DNA of 63,722 nucleotides, the filler included, from Microthyrium microscopicum (Eukaryota), in NCBI GenBank assembly GCA_010405405.1. It is 26 parts of 25 records of this genome, joined end to end, with 100 filler letters (N's around TTAATTAATTAA, not from the genome) between each part and the next. Parts side by side here need not be neighbours in the genome. Positions count along the whole stretch, not along the records: positions 17,660 to 24,303 come from MU004255.1; positions 24,404 to 26,399 come from MU004256.1; positions 26,500 to 27,515 come from MU004256.1; positions 27,616 to 30,001 come from MU004257.1; positions 30,102 to 32,280 come from MU004258.1; 21 more parts are not named here. One strand, 5' to 3'. Positions 21,401-32,060 of the stretch are shown here, one piece after another. The translations under genes and the position numbers were made by a program. The stretch's first letter is position 1. The number at the start of each line of letters is the position of its first letter. The notes under the pieces were generated by a model, which was not told the origin of the DNA, searched no databases, and saw nothing but the letters and a program-made list of their open reading frames with translations.

Positions 21401-24054
21401 GGCTTGTCATTACTGATGACTACTCTCGCTATCGCTGGGTACGATTCACCACCAGCAAAGCCAATGTTCCCTTCCTCATCAAAGAATGGAAGACATGGGT
21501 TGAGAAGGAATACGATGCTGAAGTGAAGATCATGCGATATGACAATGGTTCAGAGTTTCGCAACGTTGACATGGACGTTATGCAGCGTGAATGTGGAATT
21601 CGCCCCGAACCAACAGCTCCGTACAATCCTGAGCAAAACGGAGTCTCCGAAAGGAGCATGCAGACTCTTGGTAACGTTGCCAGAGCTCTGCTATACCATG
21701 CAAATCTTCCGCCGACACTCTTTACAGAGATGATCAGCACCGCCGCCGTCCTCAGCAATATTGCTGCGACAAGTTCAAATGACGGCAAATCCCCTTACTT
21801 CAAATTCTTTGGCAAGAAGCCTGACATGAGGAACCTCAAAGTCATTGGCTGTCAATGCTGGAAGACAGTTCCTCGTGAACAACTCAAAAAGACCGACCCA
21901 AGGTCTGAGAAATGCTTTCTGCTTGGCTACGGCAGAGCTGGTTTTGGAGTTCAAATCTCCTCGAATCAATACCGTGTCTGGAACACCCATAAGAAGATTG
22001 TGGAAATTGTTCGAGACCTGCACTTTGAGGAAGACATCTTCCCAGAGACATCGGACTTCCCTCAGCATATGTTCAATGTCCTCCAAACGGACTACACTGT
22101 GCTTATTGCCAGCCTGTGCAAGCTTCATCTTCACGACAAGTCACCCTCTCCTTCCCTCGAGGGGGAGCGTTCTTCAAAACGTAAAGCCGCAGACTGCTTT
22201 GAGGGGGAGAACGATGTTACAAATCAGTCTCCTCTTTACGATGACATGGTCACCCATGACGGAGAACTCATCCGTCGTGTTCAAGATAACGAAGGGGACA
22301 CTTGTCTCACCCTCTTCAGTCAGGAACCCCAACCAGCTTGGTCCGAGACTACATTTAAGGATGTCACTCAGCGAATTGCAATACTCGCTGTGGCCGAAAA
22401 ACATCAAACAATTGCCAATGCCCTCATCGCCGAGCAAGCTAACTTCTGTCTGCTTGGAAAAGATCGCAACCATCTCGAGCCGAAAAGCTACAACCACATG
22501 CTCCGATCTCCAGATGTCGACAAGTGGATGAGCGCCGTCAACGATGAATGCCTATCCCTCAAAAAGAACGGCACATGGGAAGTTGTACCTCGGCCAGAGG
22601 GTGCCCACATTGTCTCTGGTCGTTATGTCCTCAAACACAAGTATGACGCTGATGGGGAAATCATTCGTTGGAAAGCACGCTGGGTCGCTCGCGGCTTTGA
22701 ACAAGCTTACGGAGTTGATTACTTCGAAACCTTTGCTTCCGTTGTTAAATCAATGAGCTGGAGACTACTCTTTGCTCTAGCAACACTTCGAGGATGGCAT
22801 GTTCACCAGATGGACGTGAAGACTGCATTTCTCTATGGAGATATCAACACCGAAGGCGACTGCCCAGATGTCTACATGGAGCTTCCTCCCAACGAACAAC
22901 AACCCGGCATGGTGGCCAAGCTCCGCAAGGCCATTTATGGACTCAAGCAAGCACCTCGGATTTGGCAAATCACCCTATCAAAAGCTCTGGCTGCACTTGG
23001 CTTTGTCCCCTGTCAATACGACGAAAGTGTATTCATCAATCACAAGACAAACATCATCATTGCTGTCTACGTTGACGATCTCCTCATCTTTGGAGAACAT
23101 ATCAAAGCCATCGAAATACTCAAGTCAAAGCTCACAGCCAAGTTCGAGATGACAGACCTCGGAGAAGCCTCTCACTATCTTGGCATCAAAATTCACAAAG
23201 AGAACCTCGCTCGCGGTACACGGCTCACGATGTCTCAAGGTGCCTATTGCAAGAAGATCATCGAAGACTTCTACTTCGACGGCATCGACAAAGGGGTCAA
23301 AACTCCCATGCTTGAAAACTGCAAGCTGGTCTCAGCTCCAGAAGGACACAAAGCCTCCGACAAGGACCTCAAATGGTACCAATCGCTAGTAGGCTCCGTA
23401 ATGTACCTCATGCTCTGCACCAGGCCTGATCTTTGCTACGCCATATCAGTTCTGAGTCGCTTCTCTGCCAATCCCGACAAGCACCACATCGCCGCTGGCA
23501 AACATCTCCTCAAATACCTCTCAAGAACCATGAACCATGGACTGGTCATCAAGAACAGCAGCAAAGAGGTAGACCTCATTGGCTGGACTGACTCCAACTG
23601 GGGTGGTGATGAAGAGAAGCGGAGATCAACAGGTGGGTATGTCTTCAAAATTGGAGGCATGGCTATCAGCTGGAGCTCGAAGCGTCAAGCAACAGTGGCT
23701 TTATCCAGTTGCGAGGCTGAATACATTGCCGAATCTGAAGCCGCAAAAGAGGCCGTCTGGTTGCGAGGCTTGCTTAAGGCCTTTGGCTACAAGGGCCCAT
23801 CAGCCATAACCATTAATGGCGACAACTACGGAGCATTGGCTTTAGCCAAGAACCCTCAATTCCACAAGAGATCGAAACACATTGATATTCGATACCACTT
23901 CGTTCGTGATCGAGTCGCCAAAGGCGAGATCATCATGAACTGGGTGCCAACAGCAGCCAACACTGCTGATGGTCTTACCAAGCCACTGGTCGCAATCAAA
24001 TACGACAACTTCGTGAGAGACCTTGGACTTGTGGATCTTGGAAACCGCGCCTGA
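18496..24054 (+). CDS. Ty1/copia Gag-Pol polyprotein (1852 aa from first in-frame ATG; frame open from TTG at 18460)
   Basis: Same motifs as copy A: Gag, aspartic protease DSG, HHCC + DDE integrase, RT YVDD, RNase H. No stops or frameshifts. Confidence 0.96.
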   Translation: MTKRLDNDKSAKDAEKARKATEKAAKAATKAQLAAKKAHNDAVRQKVKDTTDNYFANLHIESERRKAEAHRQTDEGKEQAKSKAETIQDANEYNRLKLTSNQPLNSTSAGSAAVDSVSTLKPLDECFADNDGDTDDEQPGANGGRKEQDSQSPQELDDELFRGKTPPAKGIKAAAPTEDPVDSSSDSDSSDSSDSSDSSNSQVNKSLPRAPSPVSDSGEIDQPEELITNPMAPNTRNKRKAPADNIEPTNTNKRKSKANKAKPNSGSAMDPELIQQLIDQALASQTEKIREELTAELSALKATGSTGPGTSRSAAINLGTPAPTGTPAPTGTDASKVLSTDETRPTPESIKKAIRSTKYERLIGSLNWKLWRTRFRNIAKEGNLWGWFDGSEAHLLNGSKGNKDYWHHFNRQACAILREAVDNEVESKIVDFDNAQKALELLAVRYRPSGFAHVKRIFDKLQDCTQRPNGSAIALRDSILELKDDFRVLGEGWEIPDCFWNVLFLKNVPAVLDNVVTPLHQNEKYWDPTAKEPLVDFNEIANTVVTEEDLKQETDIALAAYNKSQNRSCPKHPKQSSHGDFDGPGGCFDRPANAELKKAHFDKRQRMNELIEKRARELMNKPNDFNVKGASSSQNRPQQGRSQSNRSKQGRPQQRRPSGPPHRAQRGQQQVDKRDFNDQQGQVNCITNEAFNNEGDDSETNSCYIMIDQVTEHVNSIALSAINADKDIQMVYAAKAKEGWVLDSGSSRHVTGDSSWFKNGFTSEGPGNGQLTGLGGSVDIMGIGTAYIPTWVDDENGVRVNKQFVLNNVAYVPGLSFNIISLRTLLLTRNGLETSVGVWFKGSTAQILHDNGSLIAIASCLTQQLYTLHQPPPDTVLTLRERAVPAQLWHQRLGHIGENRIRKTLEGQIKLTRTHIGGCQACQKASQRRNNISSPAKDRATRRLERVHLDLGGPFTNPAASGKGQKLYWLVITDDYSRYRWVRFTTSKANVPFLIKEWKTWVEKEYDAEVKIMRYDNGSEFRNVDMDVMQRECGIRPEPTAPYNPEQNGVSERSMQTLGNVARALLYHANLPPTLFTEMISTAAVLSNIAATSSNDGKSPYFKFFGKKPDMRNLKVIGCQCWKTVPREQLKKTDPRSEKCFLLGYGRAGFGVQISSNQYRVWNTHKKIVEIVRDLHFEEDIFPETSDFPQHMFNVLQTDYTVLIASLCKLHLHDKSPSPSLEGERSSKRKAADCFEGENDVTNQSPLYDDMVTHDGELIRRVQDNEGDTCLTLFSQEPQPAWSETTFKDVTQRIAILAVAEKHQTIANALIAEQANFCLLGKDRNHLEPKSYNHMLRSPDVDKWMSAVNDECLSLKKNGTWEVVPRPEGAHIVSGRYVLKHKYDADGEIIRWKARWVARGFEQAYGVDYFETFASVVKSMSWRLLFALATLRGWHVHQMDVKTAFLYGDINTEGDCPDVYMELPPNEQQPGMVAKLRKAIYGLKQAPRIWQITLSKALAALGFVPCQYDESVFINHKTNIIIAVYVDDLLIFGEHIKAIEILKSKLTAKFEMTDLGEASHYLGIKIHKENLARGTRLTMSQGAYCKKIIEDFYFDGIDKGVKTPMLENCKLVSAPEGHKASDKDLKWYQSLVGSVMYLMLCTRPDLCYAISVLSRFSANPDKHHIAAGKHLLKYLSRTMNHGLVIKNSSKEVDLIGWTDSNWGGDEEKRRSTGGYVFKIGGMAISWSSKRQATVALSSCEAEYIAESEAAKEAVWLRGLLKAFGYKGPSAITINGDNYGALALAKNPQFHKRSKHIDIRYHFVRDRVAKGEIIMNWVPTAANTADGLTKPLVAIKYDNFVRDLGLVDLGNRA

Positions 24055-24085
24055 ACGTCAACAGCTTGCCCCTGCGTCCTATCTA

Positions 24086-24163
24086 CAGCCAGCACCGACT
24101 TCCGTCGTATGCTGGTAGCGCCTCATTCAGCCAACACCGACTTGCGTCGTATGCTGGTATCGC
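24086..24163 (+). repeat. Two 36-bp direct repeats (42-bp period) in the 3' UTR, each able to form a hairpin
   Basis: CAGCCAGCACCGACTTCCGTCGTATGCTGGTAGCGC and CAGCCAACACCGACTTGCGTCGTATGCTGGTATCGC. Confidence 0.85.
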
Positions 24164-24200
24164 TAAACATGAAAAGGAAATTGCAATTTGCGCCGCCATC

Positions 24201-24209
24201 AAGGGGGAG
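24201..24209 (+). other. Polypurine tract (AAGGGGGAG)
   Basis: Immediately precedes TG at 24210. Confidence 0.92.
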
Positions 24210-24303
24210 TGTTTGAAGATGTTGAACAACATCAAGATATGCTGACTCAGCACAAATTGTATAAGTAGTAGACAGCCCCCAGATCTTCAGATCGAGGACT
24301 TAG
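24210..24303 (+). repeat. 3' LTR of copy B, partial (first 94 bp)
   Basis: Begins TGTTTGAAG; reverse complement of 10915-11008. Confidence 0.93.
24240..24267 (+). promoter_or_regulatory. LTR U3 promoter elements: palindrome TGCTGACTCAGCA (contains bZIP site TGACTCA) and TATA-like TATAAGTA
   Basis: Motifs read directly at 24240-24252 and 24260-24267; mirrored at 10951-10978. Confidence 0.5.
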
Positions 24304-27300
24304 NNNNNNNNNNNNNNNNNNNNNNNNNNNNNNNNNNNNNNNNNNNNTTAATTAATTAANNNNNNNNNNNNNNNNNNNNNNNNNNNNNNNNNNNNNNNNN
24401 NNNATAAACGTTAGTAAGTATAATAATTAATATAATTTATTAAGTAGAAGTTATAAAACGTAGTATAAAAAACTACTATATAAAGATAAAATAGTTAAAA
24501 AATAAGCTTAAGGAATTTATATAATATTACTATAAATACTACTAGAACTAGAACTACTAACTAAAAATTAAATTAATTAAAAGTAGTACTAAATTATAAA
24601 TTTAGAGGCTAAGGAAGTTATTAGTTAAGTATTAATATATTCCTATAAAAAATTAGTTATATTTCTATCTAATATTATTAGCTATTTATTAAGATATATA
24701 ATAATAGTTATTAAGCTTTAACTCTAATTCTAATAGACTTTCTTAAGCTACTAGTCTATAAAGGAGTTATAGTCTTATTTAAGGTAGATATAATATTAAT
24801 TAATAGGAAATAACTTAAGGAGGGTTAATAAAGTTAATTATTAAGCTACTAAGTATTTAAAAGTAAGAGTAGTAGGTCTTTTAATATTTAGATTATGTCT
24901 TTTTAAGACTTTTTAATTAGAAGTAACTCTATTTTTTTCTTTATACGTAATATAGTTATTTATATCCTTATTATTAAATTTATAATAACGCTTTAACTAC
25001 TTTTTACTATTATACTTACGAAAAGGGTAGCCTTTATTAAAGTTAACCTCCTAACCTAATTACTTATTCTCTTCTTATTTTATCTTTACTCTATTTATCT
25101 CTTTTAAAGCTCTTAAAGATATATTAATTTTTTTAGTATTATTTAAAATATGAATAAGCTAGTAATACTTTCTTTGTTTAGTACTATTTATCTAAATAAA
25201 GCTTACCTTAGCCTTACTTATACTTTTAAGAATTCTTCTTACTTATCCTTACCTTTTAGAAGATTTAAGTTACTAAACTTAACTAATAAGCTTATTATAT
25301 TACTATTATAATCTATATATATCTTTATCTTCTTTACTTTTAAACGTGCTCTAAAAATATTTAACTTTTTTTTACTATTTATATAGCGCTAAAGGTTTTT
25401 ATAAAAGGGCATTAGGTAAAATTCTTTAATTTAATATTATATTATATTAATTTATATCTAGTTATTAATATTAAGGACTTAATTAAATCTATAATTCTTA
25501 GAGTAAATATTATTAAGATAATATATAAGATAAAATAAAGCTTATAAATTCTTAGCTATTCTCTAATAAATTAAGAGAGTAGTTAAGAATATATAAGCTT
25601 TATTTATTTTAAGGACTTTTTAGCTAAATACTTTTATATTAAAATATCTTATAAAGTAGTAACTTTAACTATAGAGTAAGATTTAGAGAAAGTTATACTT
25701 ATATTAATTTATAATTTTAATCTATCTTTCGTTCTAGATAATATATTACTAAAAAGTATATTATACTAAAAGAGGGTTAAATTTAACTTATATATACTAC
25801 TTTTAGTATTTTTAAGTCTTTATCTTTTAATATTAGACCCTAATTACTCTTTAAGTAAACTAAGAGAATAATTAGGGTTTAATATAGCTTTAGAGGAGCT
25901 AATACTTACCTAAATTAGAATTTTTATTAGTTTAATATTAAGTTAGTATTTTTTTTAATAGTAAGAGGAAATAAATAAATTCTTATTTATTAGTTATTTT
26001 ATTACTAATATATATTTCTTTTATATAAAGTACTATCTTAATTAATAATATAGTAGATAAGAATTTAGTACTTTATTAATATATATATAATAAAGTCTTT
26101 AGTAAAGATATACTATTACGTTAGATATAATTATCTTTTTAAAAAGAAGTACTATTAGCTATACTTTAATTAATACTTATAATATATACCTAAGTTTATA
26201 ATTAGCTTTAATCTATTAATATAATACTATCCTTATAGATAGAAGACTTCTTAAAAAGATAAAAGAACTAAATATATAATAAGTACTTAAGGTAGGCAAA
26301 GTAGTATACTTACTTTACTATTCTAAGTATAGTAATAATAAGTAAAAGTAAATATATTAAAAAATAACTACTAAAATAAATAGAGATACTAAAAGTAATN
26401 NNNNNNNNNNNNNNNNNNNNNNNNNNNNNNNNNNNNNNNNNNNTTAATTAATTAANNNNNNNNNNNNNNNNNNNNNNNNNNNNNNNNNNNNNNNNNNNNA
26501 GTAATTATTAAATAGTACTTTAAAAAGTAACTATAAGTTATTCTTTTTGTTTTACTAAAATAAATATATATAATAAGTAAAATAATATCTTAATTCCTTA
26601 TATAATAAATAAAATAATATCTTAATTCCTTATATAAGGCATTTCTTTATAAAAAGTAAATACCTTAATATATTCTAATAAGTTATTTATAAAGCGTACG
26701 CTATAAGTAAAATACTAAGTATTTTATTATAAGATATCTTACTATATATATTTTCTTAAGTAGTTTTTAAAAAAGAATAGTATAGTAAGCTTTATAATTA
26801 ATTTTATATATATAGAAATATACTATATTAGAGAGTATAAAATTAGAAGTAGAGAGAGCCTTTTAGCTAAGAAGGCTTATTCTATAGTAATAGAACGTTA
26901 TTTTTAAAGTAATACTTATTACTAGATTATTATAATAAGACTATATAGGTATAAAACTACTATATAGTATAAGCTTAAATAATTACTATAAATTTTATAT
27001 AATTTTAAATTATATAAAATTTTTTAAATAATTATAGATAATATTTTTTCTTTTTTTTATAAAATAGCTAAAAAAAAATTATTTCTTTACTAACTTAGCT
27101 TTTAATATAGCTATAAAGAAACTTAATAAGACTTAAGTATATATACTACTTATTATATAAACTAGCTTAGTATTACTTAGATATAATAGCTAGATTAGAA
27201 TTATAGTTTTTTTCTTATTTAATACTAAAAAATTTTACTTTACTAAACCTTTTTTATTATAATTCTATTACTTAATTATATTAGTTATACTTAATTTAAT

Positions 27301-27615
27301 AAAGAAAAATAAACTTATATATAATTTAGCTTTATAAGATTATTATATAGTAGTACTAACTATTCTAGCGCTAATCTTATGCTATTTCTTTACTTTTTTT
27401 ATATTTTTATAAGTATAGTATTCTATAATAGTAAGCTAGCCCCTTAAATATTTAAATATAAATATATTTTATAAGATAATTAGTATTTATAAAGAATACT
27501 TACGCCTCTAGCGTTNNNNNNNNNNNNNNNNNNNNNNNNNNNNNNNNNNNNNNNNNNNNTTAATTAATTAANNNNNNNNNNNNNNNNNNNNNNNNNNNNN
27601 NNNNNNNNNNNNNNN

Positions 27616-28290
27616 TAAGACTTAAATTAAAAGACTTAATAATTCTATTAAATATACTATAAAGATAAATACTAATATAATTAGAAGTTAATCTTTTAAA
27701 TCCTAATAGCCTATACTATATTTTATAGTCTTTACTAATATAAACTGCTATAATACCTAAAAAGGCATACTAATTAGAACTACTAGTCTAAGCATCTAGC
27801 GCAATTATAAAATAATTATTTCTAGATACTATAGCTTTTAATTTACGCTTTAGCTTCTCTTTAGCAATATTATAAGTAGAATATAGTAAATTCCTTATAT
27901 TTTTATAGTTAATTATAAGACTATAATAATTATAATACTTTAGTAGTTCTTTAAAAGAATTAGAACTATAAGTATTAAAAGAAAAATTATTTTTAACTAT
28001 AAATTTTACTATTAAGTATATAGCACCTTTATTAATAAATTCCTAATTAGTATTAGCTTTTACTTGTTTATTACTAGTTATAGTTATAGAAAAAGGAGTA
28101 TTATTATTTTTAAATTTAATTCTAGCGCGATATTCCTTAATAGTCTCTTTATTAGTTTTATCGTTCTTATTTAAAGTAACTATTTTATAGGCTACTTTAT
28201 AGTGTTTAATAAAGTTAGATATTTAAAAACCTTCTAATTTAACTATAAGACTATAGAAACAAAGAGTACATCTAACTCTAACTTCTCTAT
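27616..28290 (-). pseudogene. RIP-inactivated hAT-superfamily transposase (BED finger plus start of catalytic domain)
   Basis: Minus strand reads VRCTLC...SNFIKHYKVAY (BED-type zinc finger, ~28190-28275) and IIALDA*TSSSN*YAFLGII...RLLGF (first catalytic Asp motif DxWTS with TGG->TAG, ~27690-27810). Confidence 0.75.
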
Positions 28291-28890
28291 GCTTAGTAAT
28301 ATTAATAAGAAGTAGTTCTCTAATAAATAGCTTATTAAAAAGAGTATAAGCTTTAGAATTTCTATTATTTAATTAAAAGTACTATTTATTATACTTATAA
28401 TAAGTATAACTAACATTACTAGAGATATTAAACGTACTATCTTTAGGTACTATAGAATTAGCATTTAATACTTAGCTAGCTCCTAGCATATTATTACTAT
28501 CTATTATTTTAAAGAATAGTAAACTTCTAAAAAAAAGAAATCTATAGAATAATACTTAAAGCTAAATAAGCAAAAGTAAAGAGATAGTTCTTATTATTTA
28601 TATTAATAGATAAATAGTATAAAATAACTAATCTTAAATACTAAAACTAAGTATAGCAAAAAATAAATAAGAAAATATTTTTTTTCTTTATTTTAAAGAT
28701 TTTAAAGATTTTTAGATATTTTTTTAGATATAAGTAAATCTAATAGTAAAATTACTAAAATAAGAGTAAACTAGATATAAGATAAATAGTTAAAATAAAT
28801 AAAAAAATTATAAAGCTATAATTAAAATAAAAGCTTAGAAAAATACTAGAAAAATAATAAATAATCTAAATATTCTAATAGTAGAATTAG

Positions 28891-29180
28891 CTAAATAAAC
28901 TAATACTAAAGAGTAAGAGTAAATAAAAGCTAAAGGCTATAAAAGCTAATCCTAAGAATAGAATAGTATAGAAATATATTATATAGTAATAACTTTTATA
29001 TAAAAAAATACTTAAAAAGTAGTTTTTAACTAGAATTTTTAGTAAAATACTAACTAAATAAACTAATACTAAAGAGCAAAAGTAAATAAAAGCTAAAGGC
29101 TATAAGAGCTAAACCTAAAAAGGGAATAGTATAGAAATATATTATATAGTAATAGCTTTTATATAAAAAAATACTTAAAA
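28891..29180. repeat. Direct duplication of ~127 bp, 163-bp period
   Basis: CTAAATAAACTAATACTAAAGAG...AAATACTTAAAA at 28891 and 29054. Confidence 0.8.
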
Positions 29181-29402
29181 AAAAAAGTAAAAAAGTTAAA
29201 AAATATAAATACTATATAGTAAGTATAAAAATAAGATTTAGGGTAGTAAAAAAAAGTAGACTAGCTATAAATAATATAGAGAGTAATAGCTATAGATAGT
29301 AGTTTAGCTTATAAAAAAGAGGAAATATCTAAAAAACTAAGAATTCTAAGTAGAATTCGCCTCTATAAGTATATACATAACGCTAAATTAATATATACTA
29401 AT

Positions 29403-29786
29403 TACTATTATATTTAGTAGGTTTAGAGCTACTAAACGCTATTAAGATTACCTCTTTTAGACTAGTATTACGAAAATTATAAGTAATAATAATAAGGAGT
29501 AATATTAAAACTATAAAATAGTCTATTATAATAGAGTAAACGTATAGTAGTAAATATGATTTTAAGGGGCTAAACCTTATAAAATAACGCTAAATAGGGG
29601 TATAAATACTAAGAGTTTTAATAGTTAATATATTATTAACCTTTTTAATAATACTATTTATATAGCTTATTTACTTTGTTTTAATATTACTCCTTATTAT
29701 TATTATATATAACTTTCGTAATACTAGCCTAAAATAGGTAATCTTAACAACGTTTAGTAGCTCTAAACCTACTAAATACAATAGTA
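29403..29786. mobile_element. MITE-like element with ~109-bp terminal inverted repeats, TA at both outer ends
   Basis: 29403-29511 is the reverse complement of 29678-29786 (TACTATTRTATTTAGTAGGTTTAGAGCTACTAAACG...AAGGAGTAATATTAAAAC); mismatches are mostly transitions. Confidence 0.7.
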
Positions 29787-31524
29787 CTATTTAAGTCTTT
29801 ATTATGAGTCGTTATTATATATATATCCTTTAGTTACCTACAAAGAATTTACTTTTTAATAATCTACTTATTACTTCTACTTTCCTATTAAGGACTATAT
29901 TTTAATAGTATTTAGAAGTAGCCTTAGAAGCTATTTCTACTTATCTTTTACTTTATTTTATGCAATATCTCTTAGTAAGAATTCTTTTTCTTTGTTTTTT
30001 TNNNNNNNNNNNNNNNNNNNNNNNNNNNNNNNNNNNNNNNNNNNNTTAATTAATTAANNNNNNNNNNNNNNNNNNNNNNNNNNNNNNNNNNNNNNNNNNN
30101 NAGGCTTACTTATTATAGAGATAGTCCTTAATATAGAGTTTTTATATAGAGTATTATTTAGGGTTATAACTAGAGTATTTGCCTAAATTACTTTATTTAC
30201 GTTTTTTGCTTTTACTACTAGCTAAGAATCTAGATACTACTAGGGTTAGGTTATTAATTTAAATATAAGAGACTTATTAATAAAGAGGAGGTATTACTTA
30301 CTTATTATTAGAGTTAAGTTAGTAGATATTCTCTTTAGACTTATATATAAACTAACTAAGCTAATCCTTAAGATCTTTATTCTAGAGGCGAAGGGCTATA
30401 ATCTTATTACGCTTCTTAGTATAGAAAGTATATAGTTATTTAATATTATTAAGTATTTTATTAAGTTCCTATTAATTTATATTATAAGTATTCTCTAGGT
30501 AAAAGACATATTTATTATCTTTATAGTTAGCTTTAATTATATAATTAAGTTATTTATAAAGTTAGTTTACCTTTACGTATGTTTTATTAGCTACAACTAT
30601 AGCGTTATTAAGTTTATTAGTTATATCTTTAATACTTTACTTATAGTATTAGTAAGCATTTATTATATTATTTAATTAGGCGTAGGTCTCTTAAATATAG
30701 AGATTAGCTACTTAGATTAATTTAATATAACTACGTAGCTATTTAAACTAAAGTTCTAGTAATATAGTAATACTATAAAGGAATCCTTTATAAGTCTTAA
30801 TAATTTCTAAATATAAGTTACCTTAAGTATAACGTATAAGTATAGAGTCTAGAGGGACGCTTTTAATAATACTATCTAAAAGAATAGTTTCTTAGGCTTA
30901 GAAGGTAACTTCTTTATAGAGGAGTTATACTAAGAGTACTTAATTCTTCTTATTTAGAGTAATTAATTAGTAGGTAATAAGGTAAGAGGATATTTAGTAG
31001 TTTAAGAGTAGCTCTTTAATCTAGGCCTAGTCTACTAGTTAAAGAATAGCAATTAAAAAATTAGTAGAGAATACCTTCTCTTTGCCTTTATTTTAAAATT
31101 ATAATTAGCTATAGATATAGCTACTTTTAATAATTTTTAGGACATTAGATAGTAGAGGTGCCTTAGCTATAGAGCTATAATAAGAGTATAAGGAATTATA
31201 GCATAAAGCTTAGCTATAAGATAGTTCTATCGTAGCGTTATTATTATTACTATTAATCTAAATATAAAGTAGTATAATTATAAACTAAGTAGTATTCTAA
31301 GTCTCTAATTGCTATTACTTATAAAGATAAGATATAGAATAGGTCTTATAAGTCTTACTAGTGTCTTTTATAGTAAGATAAGGATTTAATATAGAGTAAG
31401 TATAAGTAGTAGGTATAGGCGCTAAGAAGTTTTAAAATAAAGTATAGATAGGTTATAAAGATATAATAAGTAATTTAAAGAAAAGAGTAGGAGGTTTAAT
31501 TTATTATAGTTTATCTTTAGGGCT

Positions 31525-32060
31525 TATTATAGTATAGTAGAATAAGTAAAGTCTTACTATAAGTATAGTAGTAAAAAGAAGTAGTAGTAGTAAAGAAAGA
31601 TTATTAACCTATAAGTTTAGTAGAGTAGAAGTTTTAAGTTAACTAGGGTCCTTTAAGCCCTTTAATTAGACGCTAGAAGTCTAAGCTTTTAGTAGGGTTA
31701 AGGGTTAAGAGTTTATGTATTTACTACGCTAGTAGGTTAGATCTACTAAGATCTAAAAATAGGATTTTATATTTATATAGGTAAACGTATTAAATCTTTA
31801 GATTTTAATACGCTAAAAATTAGGATTGTTTTTTAAATAGTATAAGGTATTAGTTTTATATTAGGGACCTATAGGCGTAAGGGTATAAGCTAATAGTAGA
31901 TATAATTTAAGAAAACTAATATAAAGAATCTAAGAGAGAGGGTAGGAAATAGTTATAGGTAAGCTATACTAGATAATCCTTAGGCGCTAAGCCTTTAGCA
32001 TTACGTAATAGAGGATGCTAATAATGTTATAATAGGATCAATAGTAGTAGATCCATAACA
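31525..32060 (-). repeat. Possible RIP-degraded LTR
   Basis: Minus strand begins TGTTATGGATC at 32060 and has an internal CTATATAAATA. The distal boundary is uncertain. Confidence 0.3.

Larger units (their letters stand above)
17660..24303 (+). mobile_element. Intact Ty1/copia LTR retrotransposon, copy B (reverse complement of copy A, both LTRs truncated to 94 bp)
   Basis: Position p in copy A maps to 35218-p. All ORF translations in the track are mirrored with identical sequence. Confidence 0.97.

Noticed and set aside
22132..22160. DKSPSPS as an equivalent of the Ty5 integrase targeting motif (LDSSPP)
   Set aside because: Only loose Ser/Pro similarity in a low-complexity linker, with no support beyond position.
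11123..24095. About 60 short ORFs overlapping the copia ORF in other frames or on the opposite strand
   Set aside because: Shadow ORFs of a codon-biased gene, many with non-ATG starts and no recognisable domains.
10915..24303. Giant ~6.6-kb perfect inverted repeat or head-to-head retrotransposon pair
   Set aside because: The centre is the artificial linker (17560-17659), so adjacency and orientation are not biological evidence.
31693..31710. Telomere-like TAGGGTTAAGGGTTAAG
   Set aside because: Only two imperfect units, internal to a contig; insufficient for a telomere call.
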